This document shows, one piece after another, positions 52,607 to 64,000 of a stretch of 64,000 nucleotides of DNA (positions are counted from its first letter, which is position 1; each line of letters begins with the position of its first letter). The DNA comes from Epithemia pelagica (taxonomy: Eukaryota > Protista > Bacillariophyta), in NCBI GenBank assembly GCA_946965045.2, contig OX337229.1:868001-932000 (forward strand), given 5' to 3'. The notes below the pieces were generated by a model. That model had not been told where the DNA came from. It saw only the letters and a list, made by a program, of their open reading frames with translations, and ran no database searches. Both the position numbers and the translations under genes were made by a program.

Positions 52607-54184
52607 TTAGGCCACTTCCATGTTGGCCAAGGCCTTGTGCAACGGATTGTTTCGTAGCGTGAGTTGCAGATTGGTTCGTGTCATGGAAAGAGTTTCGGGT
52701 GGCGTCCTGGTCGTCGTGGAATGGTACAAGGGACGGTGTCCCGAAGTACTACTGCTGCTGGACCACGAATAAAAGGAAAAGACATCGTGCCACTCCGAAT
52801 GCAACAAGGACGACGAGGACGACGACGAGGATGAGGAGGAAGCCAGAGGGGGAGTGGGTTCCAAGGGATTGGTAAATTCACTCGTTTCACTGACAGAGGG
52901 AGGAATGGCACTACTCCGACTGCTGCTGCTGTAGGAACTTTTTTTGCCCAAACTCTTCTTTTTTTTGGTACGAGGAGGATGCAGTGATGACTTGGTGGTA
53001 GTGGATGGTTTGCTTCCCGCACTAGCGTCTCCAGTCGTTGTGGGTACTGCTGCTTTGGCGGCTGCTTTGGTAGTAGTCGTAGTGTGTTTGCCATGAGTGA
53101 CCATGGCCATGATGGGTGTTCCTCCTTGATGGAGTCTTCGGGCCGTGAATTCTTGGACGGTGGGATTGGACATGCGCCGATGAATGGCCGGCACAAGGGG
53201 GGACGGCACGGGGGATACGGATCGGGCCGTCGCGGTCGTAGTACTTGTGGTGGACCAGGGATTGCTGGGGCGAGGCGAACTGGGAGGAGTCGTATTCGTA
53301 GTACTAGTACTACTAGTGTTGGAGGATACTGTCGATGGATGAGACCGACGCTGCATCGGGGAAGGCGATCGAGATCGAGCGGTTCGTGGATTGACTTTTT
53401 TGTTGGGAGAGGAAGGAGTGGATGTTAGATCTCGTAGAGTAGAAGCCTTTGCCTTGGCATTGTTGCTGGGTGTCTTGGTGGGAGAAATGGGTGGTTTGGG
53501 ACGTGATGGTTTCCCCACGACGGAATCCCCACTAGGAGTTCGTAGAGTCTTTTGGGCAAAGTCCAGGAGGTCCGTTTTGGTTTTTTCCTTGTGTTGCTTG
53601 GACCGACTGGAAGAAGAATGTTTTTTGCGTGCTGTTTGATCCGGGCTGGTATAGGCCGATCGTACTTCGAGATCTTCGTGTGGTTGCGATTGTTGTTCTT
53701 GTTGTTGATCCAAAAAGAGGCCCAGTTTCAATGCTCCTGCTGAAGCTACACTGGGCTTTTTCCGACGCGGGGAGGATTTTTTGCGTCGTTTGGAAGGACT
53801 TTTGAATCCACTGCCGGTGGATTGTGCACCACGGCTCATTTCACTGGCAGTGGATCGTGATCCCGAACTGGCCACGGATTGACTGTCGCCATTGCTGCCT
53901 CCTCGAAGCTTGTGTTGACCCGAAAAAAAGACATCGAGAGGATCACTTCGTGTCTTGTTAGTCGTTCCATTCAGGCCCAGAGACGAGGGGAAGGATTGTT
54001 TGAGGGACGACGACTTTTCGGGGACCAGGGCCTTGGGTTTGCCACTCTTTTTGCGGGGAGTGGCCGTCATGGCGGAGTACTGCGACGACGATACCGCTCG
54101 TGACATTTTCAGACTTGCCGAAGAGACCGAGTTGGTCGAACGTGTGGATTGCGGTTGTTGTTGTTGTTGGCTTGGTTGCGCCAT
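52607..54184 (-). CDS. Ser/Lys/Arg-rich disordered protein, paralogue B
   Basis: Long ORF, first ATG at 54184; shares three C-terminal motifs with 49024-50865. Confidence 0.7.
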   Translation of the reverse strand: MAQPSQQQQQPQSTRSTNSVSSASLKMSRAVSSSQYSAMTATPRKKSGKPKALVPEKSSSLKQSFPSSLGLNGTTNKTRSDPLDVFFSGQHKLRGGSNGDSQSVASSGSRSTASEMSRGAQSTGSGFKSPSKRRKKSSPRRKKPSVASAGALKLGLFLDQQQEQQSQPHEDLEVRSAYTSPDQTARKKHSSSSRSKQHKEKTKTDLLDFAQKTLRTPSGDSVVGKPSRPKPPISPTKTPSNNAKAKASTLRDLTSTPSSPNKKVNPRTARSRSPSPMQRRSHPSTVSSNTSSTSTTNTTPPSSPRPSNPWSTTSTTTATARSVSPVPSPLVPAIHRRMSNPTVQEFTARRLHQGGTPIMAMVTHGKHTTTTTKAAAKAAVPTTTGDASAGSKPSTTTKSSLHPPRTKKKKSLGKKSSYSSSSRSSAIPPSVSETSEFTNPLEPTPPLASSSSSSSSSSSLLHSEWHDVFSFYSWSSSSSTSGHRPLYHSTTTRTPPETLSMTRTNLQLTLRNNPLHKALANMEVA

Positions 54185-54721
54185 TTTGGGGATTACCACT
54201 TGTTACTCTTGTTTGGTGATTGGATGTGTCTTGGAACCAAAGAGAAAAGAAACCAACACATGGTTGAGTGAGACACACCTTTTCCTTACGCGTTTTCGTG
54301 GTGGGAATGGCGGTGAGTCCGGCGAACGCAAGTCACACATGAAATCAAGCATGCAAACTGGTTGCGATATCACATAAGCTCCTTTCTACGAGTACAGCGA
54401 GTAGGAATGACCTACTGGAATTGCCCAGTTTGATAAGCCACGTGAATTGATATTCTCGTCTACTATGGCTCGAGACTTCAAACTTGGTTGGGTATCAGGT
54501 TTTCGGACATGGACTCAAGAGCGATCGAAACGACCTCAAACGCGACAAAAGATCCGATCGAGGAACCAAACCTGTCGCGAGATGCGTCAGTGGCCGGTCA
54601 GCATGGCGATATCACACGAGACACGAGACCAACAACATCATGACAAGAAGTGATGCCACAAAGTTGGTGTTGCCGGATCTCACTCACCTTCTTGTCGATA
54701 CCAGTTGCGAAACGAAGAAGA

Positions 54722-55899
54722 ATGAAGCGTTCAACCACTACAACCTTGAATCTCTTGTGCTTGTGGAGCACGGGTGCCTCCGCCTTTGTGGTGACGGCTC
54801 CCACCAGCAGCCACTCGAGTGTGACGAGCACGGCCTTGTTTGACAGTCGTCATCGTCAAAAGGTGGCATCTCGTACCCAATGGTTGGAATCTCGGGGCAT
54901 GGCCAGTGGTACGTCCGAAGCCGCCAGCGCCGTGGAAGCGGGTACCTTTACCAACGACGGTGGTTTGGACTATGTCAAGTTGGTCCATCCCGAATCGGGT
55001 GCCACGTCGGAAATTTATCTCTATGGCGGATGCGTCACCTCCTTTTGCGATGGCGATGGCACTGAATTCATTGCCGTCCGTCCCGATGCCAAAATGGATG
55101 GATCCAAACCCATTAGTGGGGGATTGAGCCACTGCTGGCCGCAGTTTGGCCCCGGGGAAATCCAACAACATGGATTTGCCCGCAATGTCATGTACGTGTG
55201 CCGTCCTTCGTGCATGGCTGTGATGGTGGTTCCATTCCACACAAGACGCTCACGAATTAATGGATTCCTGTGGTACCGTTGCCCGGTCTTTTTGTTTTGT
55301 TGTTGTTTTTCGTTTCATTTGTGTTCAGGTGGACTGTGGAGGAACAAACGGACACGAGCGTTACCTTGCAAATGGCCCCGTCCGACTACACCAAGGAAAT
55401 GTGGGATAAGGAATTCTTGTGCACCTTTACGGTCGATTTGGAGGCTGATCAACTCACTACCAACATGTTGGTGGAAAACAAGGGCGAAGAAGCCTTTGAC
55501 TTTCAGGCCGCCCTCCATTCGTACTTTACCGTGTCGGCCTTGGACAGTTTGGAAATTTCGGGCAGCTTTGCTGGCAAGGAGTTTTTGAACAAGTTGGCCG
55601 GAGACGAGGGCGGCGAACTGCAAACCGAGGAGCGGGAGGTTATTACCATTGGAGAAGAATACGATCGTGTGTACAAGCAAGTGAATGATCCCGTCTTGAA
55701 GGATTCCGGAACCGGCAAGGCCTTGGCGGTCCTGAACGAGGCTGGATGGGAAGATACCGTCCTGTGGAACCCCTACGGCAATGAAGGAATGGGTTACAAC
55801 AACTTTGTCTGCGTCGAAAGTGTCAAGTTCGACCCCGTCTCCTTGGAGGGTGGTGCCAACTGGGAAGGCAAAATGTCTCTCAAACCTAGTGCCTTGTAG
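54722..55899 (+). CDS. Plastid-targeted D-hexose-6-phosphate 1-epimerase (aldose 1-epimerase family), 2 exons (54722-55191, 55329-55899)
   Basis: Leader ...STGASA-FVV; ISGGLSHCWPQFG, QHGFARN, ALHSYF, VLWNP, FVCVE; GT-AG intron 55192-55328. Confidence 0.88.
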
Positions 55900-56154
55900 T
55901 AAACGTATGTAGAGAAGATACTCCTGTTGGGGATCAAACTACTATATAAGTCTCTATCATTACGTGCACTACAACCAATTCACTGCAACAGGCAACTCAA
56001 TGGTGTGTTTTTGGATTGCCAGAAAATGCATCAATATTCGACATGAAAAATAAATAAGAAAGACGTGTGGACCTGGGAGGAAGCCCGTCTCAACAAGGAG
56101 AACAGCAAGGGCATTTTGTTTGGGAAATTCTTGTTCACCAATCCGAGACGATCG

Positions 56155-57060
56155 TCATGTTTGCACTTTGGCGATACTTTGTTCCAGAAAGGTGGGTGCT
56201 TTTCGACATCGAATATTGAGAGCCTTGCTTCGTGCGGTTCGTGCCTTGGGCAATTGACCCTGTTCTTCATAGGCCTTGGCCAATTCCATGCACATTTCGG
56301 CGAGAATCAAGGAATCGGGGGCCACGGCCTCTTCTCGATAAATGGCTTGTTTGTAGCAATGAATGGTCTTGTCCATTTGTCCCGCTCCAAAGTAGACATT
56401 GCCCAAGTTCATGTCAATGGTTGCCAACAGGGATGTGGGTACCGGCTTGACATGGTGCTTGGCAATATGACGGGCCTTGGACAGTAACATGACCGCCTTG
56501 GTATATTGCTCCATGGCCATGGCAACATTGGCCAGGTTAATGTAGGTTCGTGCCAAGGTGGGAGAATTGGGAGCCTTGACTTCCTTGATTCGACGAGCGT
56601 TGTGATGCAACTCGACCGCTTCGGGAATACGATTCAGCTGGACCAAGACGAGACCCAAATTGGTACATGTGACGGCAACATCGAGCGACATGGGATCAAT
56701 CTTTTGCCGAATACTCAAGGCACCCTCCAGCAAGTAGTAGGCCTTTTCGTATTCGCCTCGTTCATGAAAGATACAACCAATATTGGACAGTGTCTTGGCC
56801 AAGGAGGATGTTTCTGGTACCGCCCGTTCCTTGATGGTCAAGGCACTCTTGGAGAACTTGAGGGCCTTGCTTATGTCTCCGACTCTCCAGTATTCTTGGC
56901 CCAAATGATCGAGACAATCGGCCATTTCGATCGAGTCGGCTTTCAAATACGACAAGGCCTTTAAATGAATGTCAATGGCTTCTTGGAATCGTTCACACTT
57001 GAAGGCACGGTTCCCTTCCTCAATGAGGTAGATCCCACGGCTACTGGATTGGTTTCCCAT
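56155..57060 (-). CDS. TPR-repeat protein with predicted N-myristoylation site
   Basis: MGNQSSS start; successive repeats such as SLAKTLSNIGCIF..RGEYEKA, VAVTCTNLGLV, LARTYINLANV. Confidence 0.8.
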   Translation of the reverse strand: MGNQSSSRGIYLIEEGNRAFKCERFQEAIDIHLKALSYLKADSIEMADCLDHLGQEYWRVGDISKALKFSKSALTIKERAVPETSSLAKTLSNIGCIFHERGEYEKAYYLLEGALSIRQKIDPMSLDVAVTCTNLGLVLVQLNRIPEAVELHHNARRIKEVKAPNSPTLARTYINLANVAMAMEQYTKAVMLLSKARHIAKHHVKPVPTSLLATIDMNLGNVYFGAGQMDKTIHCYKQAIYREEAVAPDSLILAEMCMELAKAYEEQGQLPKARTARSKALNIRCRKAPTFLEQSIAKVQT

Positions 57061-57822
57061 GATGATAATGATGATGATTCCGTACCGTAGCAAACAGTGG
57101 AAACAAAGTAATAATAATATCTTTGGGACTGATCTGGGACAATCGATTCGCGTCGTGTCAAGTGAAAAAAAGTGAACGGAGCACACGAGTTCCAAGCCTG
57201 TTGCTGCCCTTCCGTTGTCCAGCCTCCACCGTTTTTTGCTGGTCGTTGTATATATATCCGTTGACTTGGTTCCAACAGGCCCAGGCGAACGAGAGAGAGA
57301 GAGAGATGCAGATTGATGGTACAACGAATATGAGCGATTGGGACCCTTCTCGACGTGTTGCCTCCTTCCACGCGAAAGGGCCAAGGGCGAACGAGGAAAA
57401 AGTGAGACCCTGCCTCACAACATAGTACAGCATCTCGTAAGTAAAGTAAATTTTGGGGGATAGCGTCGGGTTGGGGGAATCTGTGGTGGGGCATAAAGAG
57501 GAGTTGACTTAAGATCAATTGCTATACTGACGAATACTTTGCCCCACTCCGACGTGGGCACCAGGACAATTACCGTTTGAAAAATCAGGAATGGTTGAGG
57601 AAGTTTGCCCCGTTGCCCGTTGCCCGCTCAAACTTTGTCGAGCCTCTGCCTTCGGCCTTTCGAGGATCATCGGTCCGAATCTTGCAGCCAACATAACTTT
57701 TTTGGCTGCATTCGCCCTTCCTCTCCAAGTGCTGCAAATCACGAAGAGTGCGCAAGAAGACAACAAGAGACAGGAAAAAGCTTTCTCAACCAATCCCAAA
57801 AAAAGAAGCACGACAAGACGCC

Positions 57823-58818
57823 ATGCCGCCATTATTGACCCAAGTTGCCCGTGTTTCGGATGCTTTACCATTGGTGGCAACCCAAACGCCCACGCACAGT
57901 TTCAATGTAACCACGCAAGTCCAACAAGATGCCAAGAAACTCATGAGGAGCATGACTGCTGGGTACGTGCATGCATGGCTCTCTCCTTCGTTTTTGTTGG
58001 GATGACACGAACGAAACAAGCCCCTCATTGCATGACACACCTGTTTGACTCTTGTTGTTTGGTTTTTACTGTTGGCTGTCTGTGTCGGCATTTTGTGGCG
58101 AATTTCAGAAATCCCAACAAAATGAGCATTGTTTCGGGCAACACGGTATTCTATTACATGACTCGCGACAACTTGTGTTTCCTAACCTTGACAGAAGAAA
58201 GCTATCCAAGACGTGTAGCATTTCTCTATCTCGAAGAAGTGGCGGATGCCATTTTACAAGAGCTTGTCAATGAATTTGGAACGGGGGTAGGTGTTGTTGT
58301 TCCTCCATAGGACAGAGTCAGTGTTGTGTCGTACGGTTCTGACTCTTGTTGTTGATTTGCTTCTTCTTCTTCTTCTTCTTTATTCATTTACCATGACTGG
58401 ACTTTTTTACCCCAAACCAACCAACTTTTCTCTACAACACAACACTATACACAAACAGTGGCGTGACAAGGTGGATCAAGCGGCTCGGCCCTTTCAATTC
58501 ATTCATTACGATCCCATTATACAACGAAAACAACGTGACTTTCGTGATCCGTCCCAACAAAAATCCAAATTAAATGAGGATTTGAATGAGATTCAATCCA
58601 TTATGCGCAAAAACATTGATGAGATTTTGAATCGCGGTGAAAAGTTGGATCATGTCAGCAACATTTCGCAAGAATTGCGGACCAAATCCAAAGATTTCAA
58701 GTGGGGCGCCAAACAATTAACCTGGCAAGCAAGATTGCAACAATATGGACCCATGGTGGTGGGAGCCTTGATTGTTCTCACCATTGTCTATGTCAAAGTC
58801 TTTCATATTGGGTTTTAA
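57823..58818 (+). CDS. SEC22: Longin R-SNARE Sec22, 3 exons (57823-57962, 58109-58286, 58459-58818)
   Basis: LTQVARVSDALPL, SYPRRVAFLYLEE, RPFQFIHYD, SNARE helix IMRKNIDEILNRGEKLD and C-terminal TM; GT-AG introns keep frame. Confidence 0.9.
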
Positions 58819-59094
58819 AAAAACATGGTATAGAAGAATAGATGAAAGTATCTGTCTGCGTTTGAGATAAAAATGTGATGATATAATGTGATTTGCATCG
58901 TTGTACGAAAGCTGTCGCCTGTCCTTGTCATTTTTGGGTTGTCGTTTGTAGTGGTGGGTACCAGTTTCGCCATTGAGAACCTACTCGGAGGAGCTATTGC
59001 CATTTATGTACAGAAACAAAGATTCCAACATCTATATTCCAAAAATTAGAATGGTTCCTCTCTTTTGGTTGGTTTGGATGATACATGTTATTAC

Positions 59095-61254
59095 CTAGCA
59101 AGCAGCATCGGTGGGATCTAGTTTGGCACATTGTCCTCCCGAATCTTCGTACTCTTGCACCAATTGTTCCAAATCGTTCAATCGCATCATCCCCTCCACA
59201 CCCGTCCCTCGGGGTGCCAATGTGGCAAAGTTGACACAATGGACAAACTGAGGAGTCTTTTTGCCATCCATTAACAAGATTCGAACAACAAAGTCACTGC
59301 TCATACTGTCGTTACTGTTGTTGTTGTGGTTGTGGTTGGTTCCCTCGTTGGTCCGTACCAATTCAAATACGAGGGCACTGGCATAGGAGGGCCAAAAGTC
59401 CCAACCGGGCACGGTTTCATCGGCCAAAAAGTCGGCCCCCACACCATACAAGAGACCCAAAATAGTAATGTCATGACAACTGTACAAGGAAAAGGGTCGT
59501 TTGGAAGTATCGTCGGTCGATGGCAATTGTGCCGTATGGGCCATTTGAGTAATCATTTCTCGAAGGGGAGGTGCCGCAATGGCCGCCAAAAGTTGTCGGT
59601 GTTGATACCATTGCCGAAATCTCCAGGCCAAATGAACCTTGGTTTGAAAGGACATGGCCTTGAGTGTTTGTTCCACGCGATCTAAGAAGCCCATTCACCA
59701 CGCAACAACAAGAGTGACAAACACACATGTACCCAATGACCCCCAACAACACACTACAGTGTTAGCAACCCCATCTAGTAATAGAACCAAGCAAATCTCT
59801 GTATCCGAGAACTCTGGCCAAACCAAAGCCAACACTACGTACCATCATTTTCAAAATTCGAATACTTGGACAAGAGTAGTCCATGAGATTCACGACATAC
59901 AAAATGATCGGCTACGTCCAGGACACCCAAAGAAACCAAACAGAACCCAAAGATATAAACTATACTTGAGTGTCCAGGAGAATCTCACGCATCAAACATC
60001 GCACACACACACGCATACATATAAAGAATACGTACCGGCTTCCACCCAATTGATTCCCGAGGGTGATCGACTGGAAAAGCCCGATCGATGGGGTCGAATG
60101 AGACCGGGCAAAATATTGGCCAAGCGTGCCGCCAAGGGTGCCGCGGCCGAATCGCGCGTAGTAAAATCCGCCTGTTTCATGACTTCACCGACATATTCCG
60201 CCATGCTATCCGGATGTCGATCAAAGGCATTGAGAGGATCTTGACTCAATTTCCGAACCTGCACCGGAACCAAGGCTGACGAGGAGGAGGATGAAGGACA
60301 GGTCGTAGTGTTGTGGTTTGGAAAAAAGGTTTCTCGGACCCATTCATGATCCGGAACGACTTGTTCTTTCGTAATCTCATCGTCCACCGTTCGTTCGGCC
60401 GAGGGTGTAAAACAATGGGTTCCGAGCAGTCCATCCAAAAAACTTTGGGCCGACAAAATCGTGCGCACATAATTGGTGGAATAGACATTGACCTTCCAGA
60501 CGGCCAAAAAATCTTGCGCCGTTTCCCATCTCCAATGATCCCGGTTGGCCAAATGACGACCACATCGATCGTATCGATTAAAGAAGCGATGTCCACTTTC
60601 CTTGAGTTGCGACAGTCCCTTTTGGGTTAAAAAGCCATAGGGATTGCGTTTGGTATCGAGAAATTCGCCATGGTTGGTCCCGGGATAAATATCGGGTGGA
60701 TAGTATTTGCAATAGGAGGAAAAGGCGGTTAGAGAATCGGGATAGGGCAGTCGACTCGTCCAAAAGGCACCTTCTTCGTTCCGTCGATGCGCCGGGGACA
60801 AGACACGGCCTGGACTCCGATCACCATGACGACAAAAGATCCAAACACCTTCCACCACTCCACCATCCGATCGATAATCCACTCGTTCATCCTTTGGTGG
60901 TTCGTTGTTGTTGCTATTATTGTTGTTGGATGAACCTGTTGCATTGGACATGGAAGAAGAAAAGCAACGCGACGATCCCAAACACAGCCGTATTGTCCCT
61001 TGTCGTTGTCGGAACAAAAGCTTTCGCTTCACCCATATTGATGTTTCTTTGGAAAGGCCAGTGGAGATCATGTCATCCCAATGTGCGGCAGTGGAATAAT
61101 AAGAATAATAATACTGTCGTTGGTAGTGATGAGATCGGGTGGTAGTGTTCTGGCAGTGTCGAACCAGAAACGAGTTGGGAGGTATTATGGACGCCCCACC
61201 ACCACCGAGCATGGAAGGTCGAAAGGATGCCGCTGCCATCTTTCGAAGTGCCAT
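59095..61254 (-). CDS. Histidine acid phosphatase (His_Phos_2), 3 exons (61254-60036, 59911-59843, 59681-59095); possible mitochondrial presequence
   Basis: RHGDRSP catalytic motif, GFLTQKG, STNYVRTILSA, SCHDITI; introns 59912-60035 and 59682-59842. Confidence 0.85.
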
Positions 61255-61780
61255 TGTGCTAGGTAGAAATGTTCTACTTCACGTCCCAAATAAGGAGACA
61301 AAGAATGATCCTCAACCGAAATGAACAGTTCAAAGAGACGGAACAAGGACCACACAAAGTGCAACCGAAGAAGGTTGGCGCATCAAAAGTTGCACGAAGA
61401 GAATCATATGACAATAATAGATAGAGATCCATAGCTAGAGAGAGTAGCTATGGCTACGGTGGGCAGAGTACCGTCTGTCTGTCTGCTCACTTCTCAAGCG
61501 CGACTCCCTACTCCGTTGTCGGGCGGACGGGCGGACCGACCAATGGAAAACTATGGTATCTTTTGTTTTCTTCGATTTTGTTTGGTCGATGCAAATGGTA
61601 ATGGTTTCGTGTCTGGTGCAGTTGCTTCTGGTTTTCTCTTTCGATAATCGTCGACACAGCGCCATCCTTACCATCCCTCCAACTCCATACAGCCTTGGTG
61701 TCACTCCAGATCTTGTGGTGGTGTGTCTAGAATACTTATCTCTCCCTTGTCGAGATTGTTTTGCGCGCGGTGTGGCCTGA

Positions 61781-63592
61781 ATGTTGTTCACCAGCACTCG
61801 CACAACACAAAGAACGACCATCCATTCCTCCTCCAGTTTCAATTCTTGCTGTTGTAATCTTTGGTTCCTCCTCCTCCTTGTCCTCCGTCTTGTCGCTGGA
61901 ACCATGGCCTACCAGCTACCATCAGCAAGGACACGCATCATGGCCCTTCGAATCACCACCACCCGGATGATGACGACGAAGTCTCGGTGGGTGGTGGGGC
62001 AACCACGCTCCGAACCAACCACAGCCTCCCACTACGTTCCAGGAACAGTTTCGTGGTTGGTTCCATCACCACAGCAACACCACCAACAACAACACCGATA
62101 CGTGCATTCCAAGACGCTACGAGCCGCCACTCGAACCCATTCGTACTACCACCACCAAGACCATGACAATCATCATGATGACTATGAGGAGGAGGAGGAT
62201 ACTCATAATCCAGAACCCCTCCCACGTCCGCCCAATCCCGCCTCCTTTTCGCGATACGAAGCGCAGTATTCGTACAGTCAGTATGCACGTCGTGATTCGC
62301 GTCGTCGTCCCTCCTACCATCGTCATCGTCCTTCCAGTACGGCACTCTTTCCACACTCCCCGGAATATGCACACGAAGAAGGAGAAGACGACGGAGACGG
62401 CGACTATTATCATGGCAACGACGACTACGACGACTATGAAGAGCAAGAGGAGGAGGAGAACAATTCTTACAACGACAACGACGACTACTATGGTGTGGAC
62501 CAAGACAAGGACCATCATCATCATCATCATAAAGACTGGAAAGACAACAATCAGCACTCTCCAAGCTACAGCAACAACAACAAGAATGGGGAACAACGGC
62601 CACGACGACAACGACAACAACAATACCCAAAACAACAATCGTACAGCAACCCTCGAACCAGAGACTCGACGCGTGGATACGAACCGAAACGTTCGTCGCA
62701 TCACCAACGTCGACCAGAGAATCGTGAACGACAATCCTTTGTTTCACAACCCGAACGATCCGAAACGAACCACAATGATAATAATCCCAATTTGGCCTGG
62801 TCCTCGCCGCAATCGTCCTTGACCTGTCCCTTTACTCGGGGGGACAAGGTAATGGTGGAAGTGACCCAATTTGGACCGCTCGGTGCCAGTGTTGACATTG
62901 TCGCCCATGCCTCGCACAATCCACAAGATATGATTGCCACCCATGAACCGCCCTTGGCCAAGGGATTGATTTATCAAGATGAAATTCGATACTTTCAACA
63001 AGGACGACACAATGTTCCCATTGTAGTGGGGGAAGTCTTGCCCGCCTATATCCTCAAGATCAAAACCGAACCGCCGCTCCAACAAGAAGAACCAGAAACT
63101 GAAGAACAAGAACAAGAACCGTTTGGCAATGGTCCCCAATCCTCCAACAACAACAAAAGGAGCAAGAACGATGACACCAATGATCTGAACCCAGTGGAAC
63201 TGGATGACTATGGACGACCCATACATCCCCGTCATCGTCGGACCTTTTCGACGAAACGATCCTATCCCCTGTACAGCATGACGGACGATGGCTTTTTCAA
63301 GTTGGACATTTGTTTGCGCATTTTTGGGAGTCAAGCCAAGGCCGAGTCTGTCGCCACGCTTGTCTTGGAACTCTTGCACAAACGGCAGTCGACCACTCCT
63401 GAGCGAGCTACCATTCCCATTGGGGACAAGTCCTCTCCGGATGAAATTGCTCGGTGGTTTCCCGGTGTGAGCAAATTGTCCTTTAAACGGGCCCTGTCGG
63501 CCCTCTACAAGCAAGGCAAGGTGGAACCCGGACGTCATTCCGTCACCTTGTTGGAGGTGGACAAAGAAGACGGAACCCATACCCACGAATAA
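61781..63592 (+). CDS. CvfB/YitL-like RNA-binding protein (S1 + winged helix) with bipartite-type leader
   Basis: Leader NLWFLLLLVLRLVAGTMA-Y; S1-like GDKVMVEVTQFGPLGASVDI...KGLIYQDEI; C-terminal IPIGDKSSPDEIARWFPGVSKLSFKRALSALYKQG, the CvfB winged-helix signature. Confidence 0.75.
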   Translation: MLFTSTRTTQRTTIHSSSSFNSCCCNLWFLLLLVLRLVAGTMAYQLPSARTRIMALRITTTRMMTTKSRWVVGQPRSEPTTASHYVPGTVSWLVPSPQQHHQQQHRYVHSKTLRAATRTHSYYHHQDHDNHHDDYEEEEDTHNPEPLPRPPNPASFSRYEAQYSYSQYARRDSRRRPSYHRHRPSSTALFPHSPEYAHEEGEDDGDGDYYHGNDDYDDYEEQEEEENNSYNDNDDYYGVDQDKDHHHHHHKDWKDNNQHSPSYSNNNKNGEQRPRRQRQQQYPKQQSYSNPRTRDSTRGYEPKRSSHHQRRPENRERQSFVSQPERSETNHNDNNPNLAWSSPQSSLTCPFTRGDKVMVEVTQFGPLGASVDIVAHASHNPQDMIATHEPPLAKGLIYQDEIRYFQQGRHNVPIVVGEVLPAYILKIKTEPPLQQEEPETEEQEQEPFGNGPQSSNNNKRSKNDDTNDLNPVELDDYGRPIHPRHRRTFSTKRSYPLYSMTDDGFFKLDICLRIFGSQAKAESVATLVLELLHKRQSTTPERATIPIGDKSSPDEIARWFPGVSKLSFKRALSALYKQGKVEPGRHSVTLLEVDKEDGTHTHE

Positions 63593-64000
63593 ACACAAAC
63601 AACAATGACAATTGGCATCCAGAACACTATACGGTGTGAATTCCATATGTGATCGATTAAGGATCCCTACTCTAGCTAGAGATTCATACAACAGCCACTT
63701 GCTAGTAATCCATTTGGTTTCACTTATGGCATCGTTGTAAGGCAAATTGTGCATCATGCCAACAGTGGGAGCTATGTGAGATGAACAGTTCGGCACAACA
63801 TGAAATGAACCGAAGCAATGGCATGAAAAGAACCTTCTGATATGGTTGGTACTTGAAGGTAGTCGAAATCGGTCTCTTTCCACGTCGGTCAGAGAGTTGT
63901 ACCAGTCATATGAGGGACAATGTGCTTCGCGGCAAATGCACGAACGATTTCGTACTGTTCATTTTTGTCCACCATATCCAGCAGGTCGAGTTCGTTGCCG

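Noticed and set aside
63700-64000. Possible 3' end of a minus-strand gene at the window edge
   Set aside because: All frames hit stops and no reliable splice model can be made without the adjacent sequence

Overview
Gene-dense eukaryotic genomic DNA, most likely a pennate diatom. This is inferred from short GT-AG introns with CTRAC-type branch points, bipartite signal-peptide + 'ASA-F' plastid leaders and Ser/Gln-rich low-complexity proteins. About 25 protein-coding genes are supported: an SGNH-like secreted protein, alkaline phosphatase, a three-domain glycosyltransferase fusion, two long low-complexity proteins (one with an RNI/LRR-like head), GPR107/108, TIM10, a plastid NAD(P)-binding protein, histone H1, a secreted SET-like protein, two tandem FSA/TalC-type aldolases, an NB-ARC+TPR (NLR-like) protein, a plastid S1-domain protein head-to-head with a PSRP6-like gene, an EHD-like GTPase/ATPase, a sulfurtransferase, a small acidic protein, two Ser-rich paralogues, a hexose-6-P 1-epimerase, a TPR protein, SEC22, a histidine acid phosphatase and a CvfB-like protein. 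No rRNA, convincing tRNA, CRISPR or transposase/RT ORF was seen. The most striking unexplained element is a 174-nt non-coding fold-back at 669-842 whose helices differ in sequence but which repeats the same symmetric 5x5 internal loop four times. Other highlights are a 6-nt micro-exon that completes the alkaline phosphatase metal-binding strand, a degenerate-active-site aldolase duplicate and a PSRP6 homologue in a red-lineage plastid host. All identifications come from motifs recognised by eye; no database search or folding program was run.
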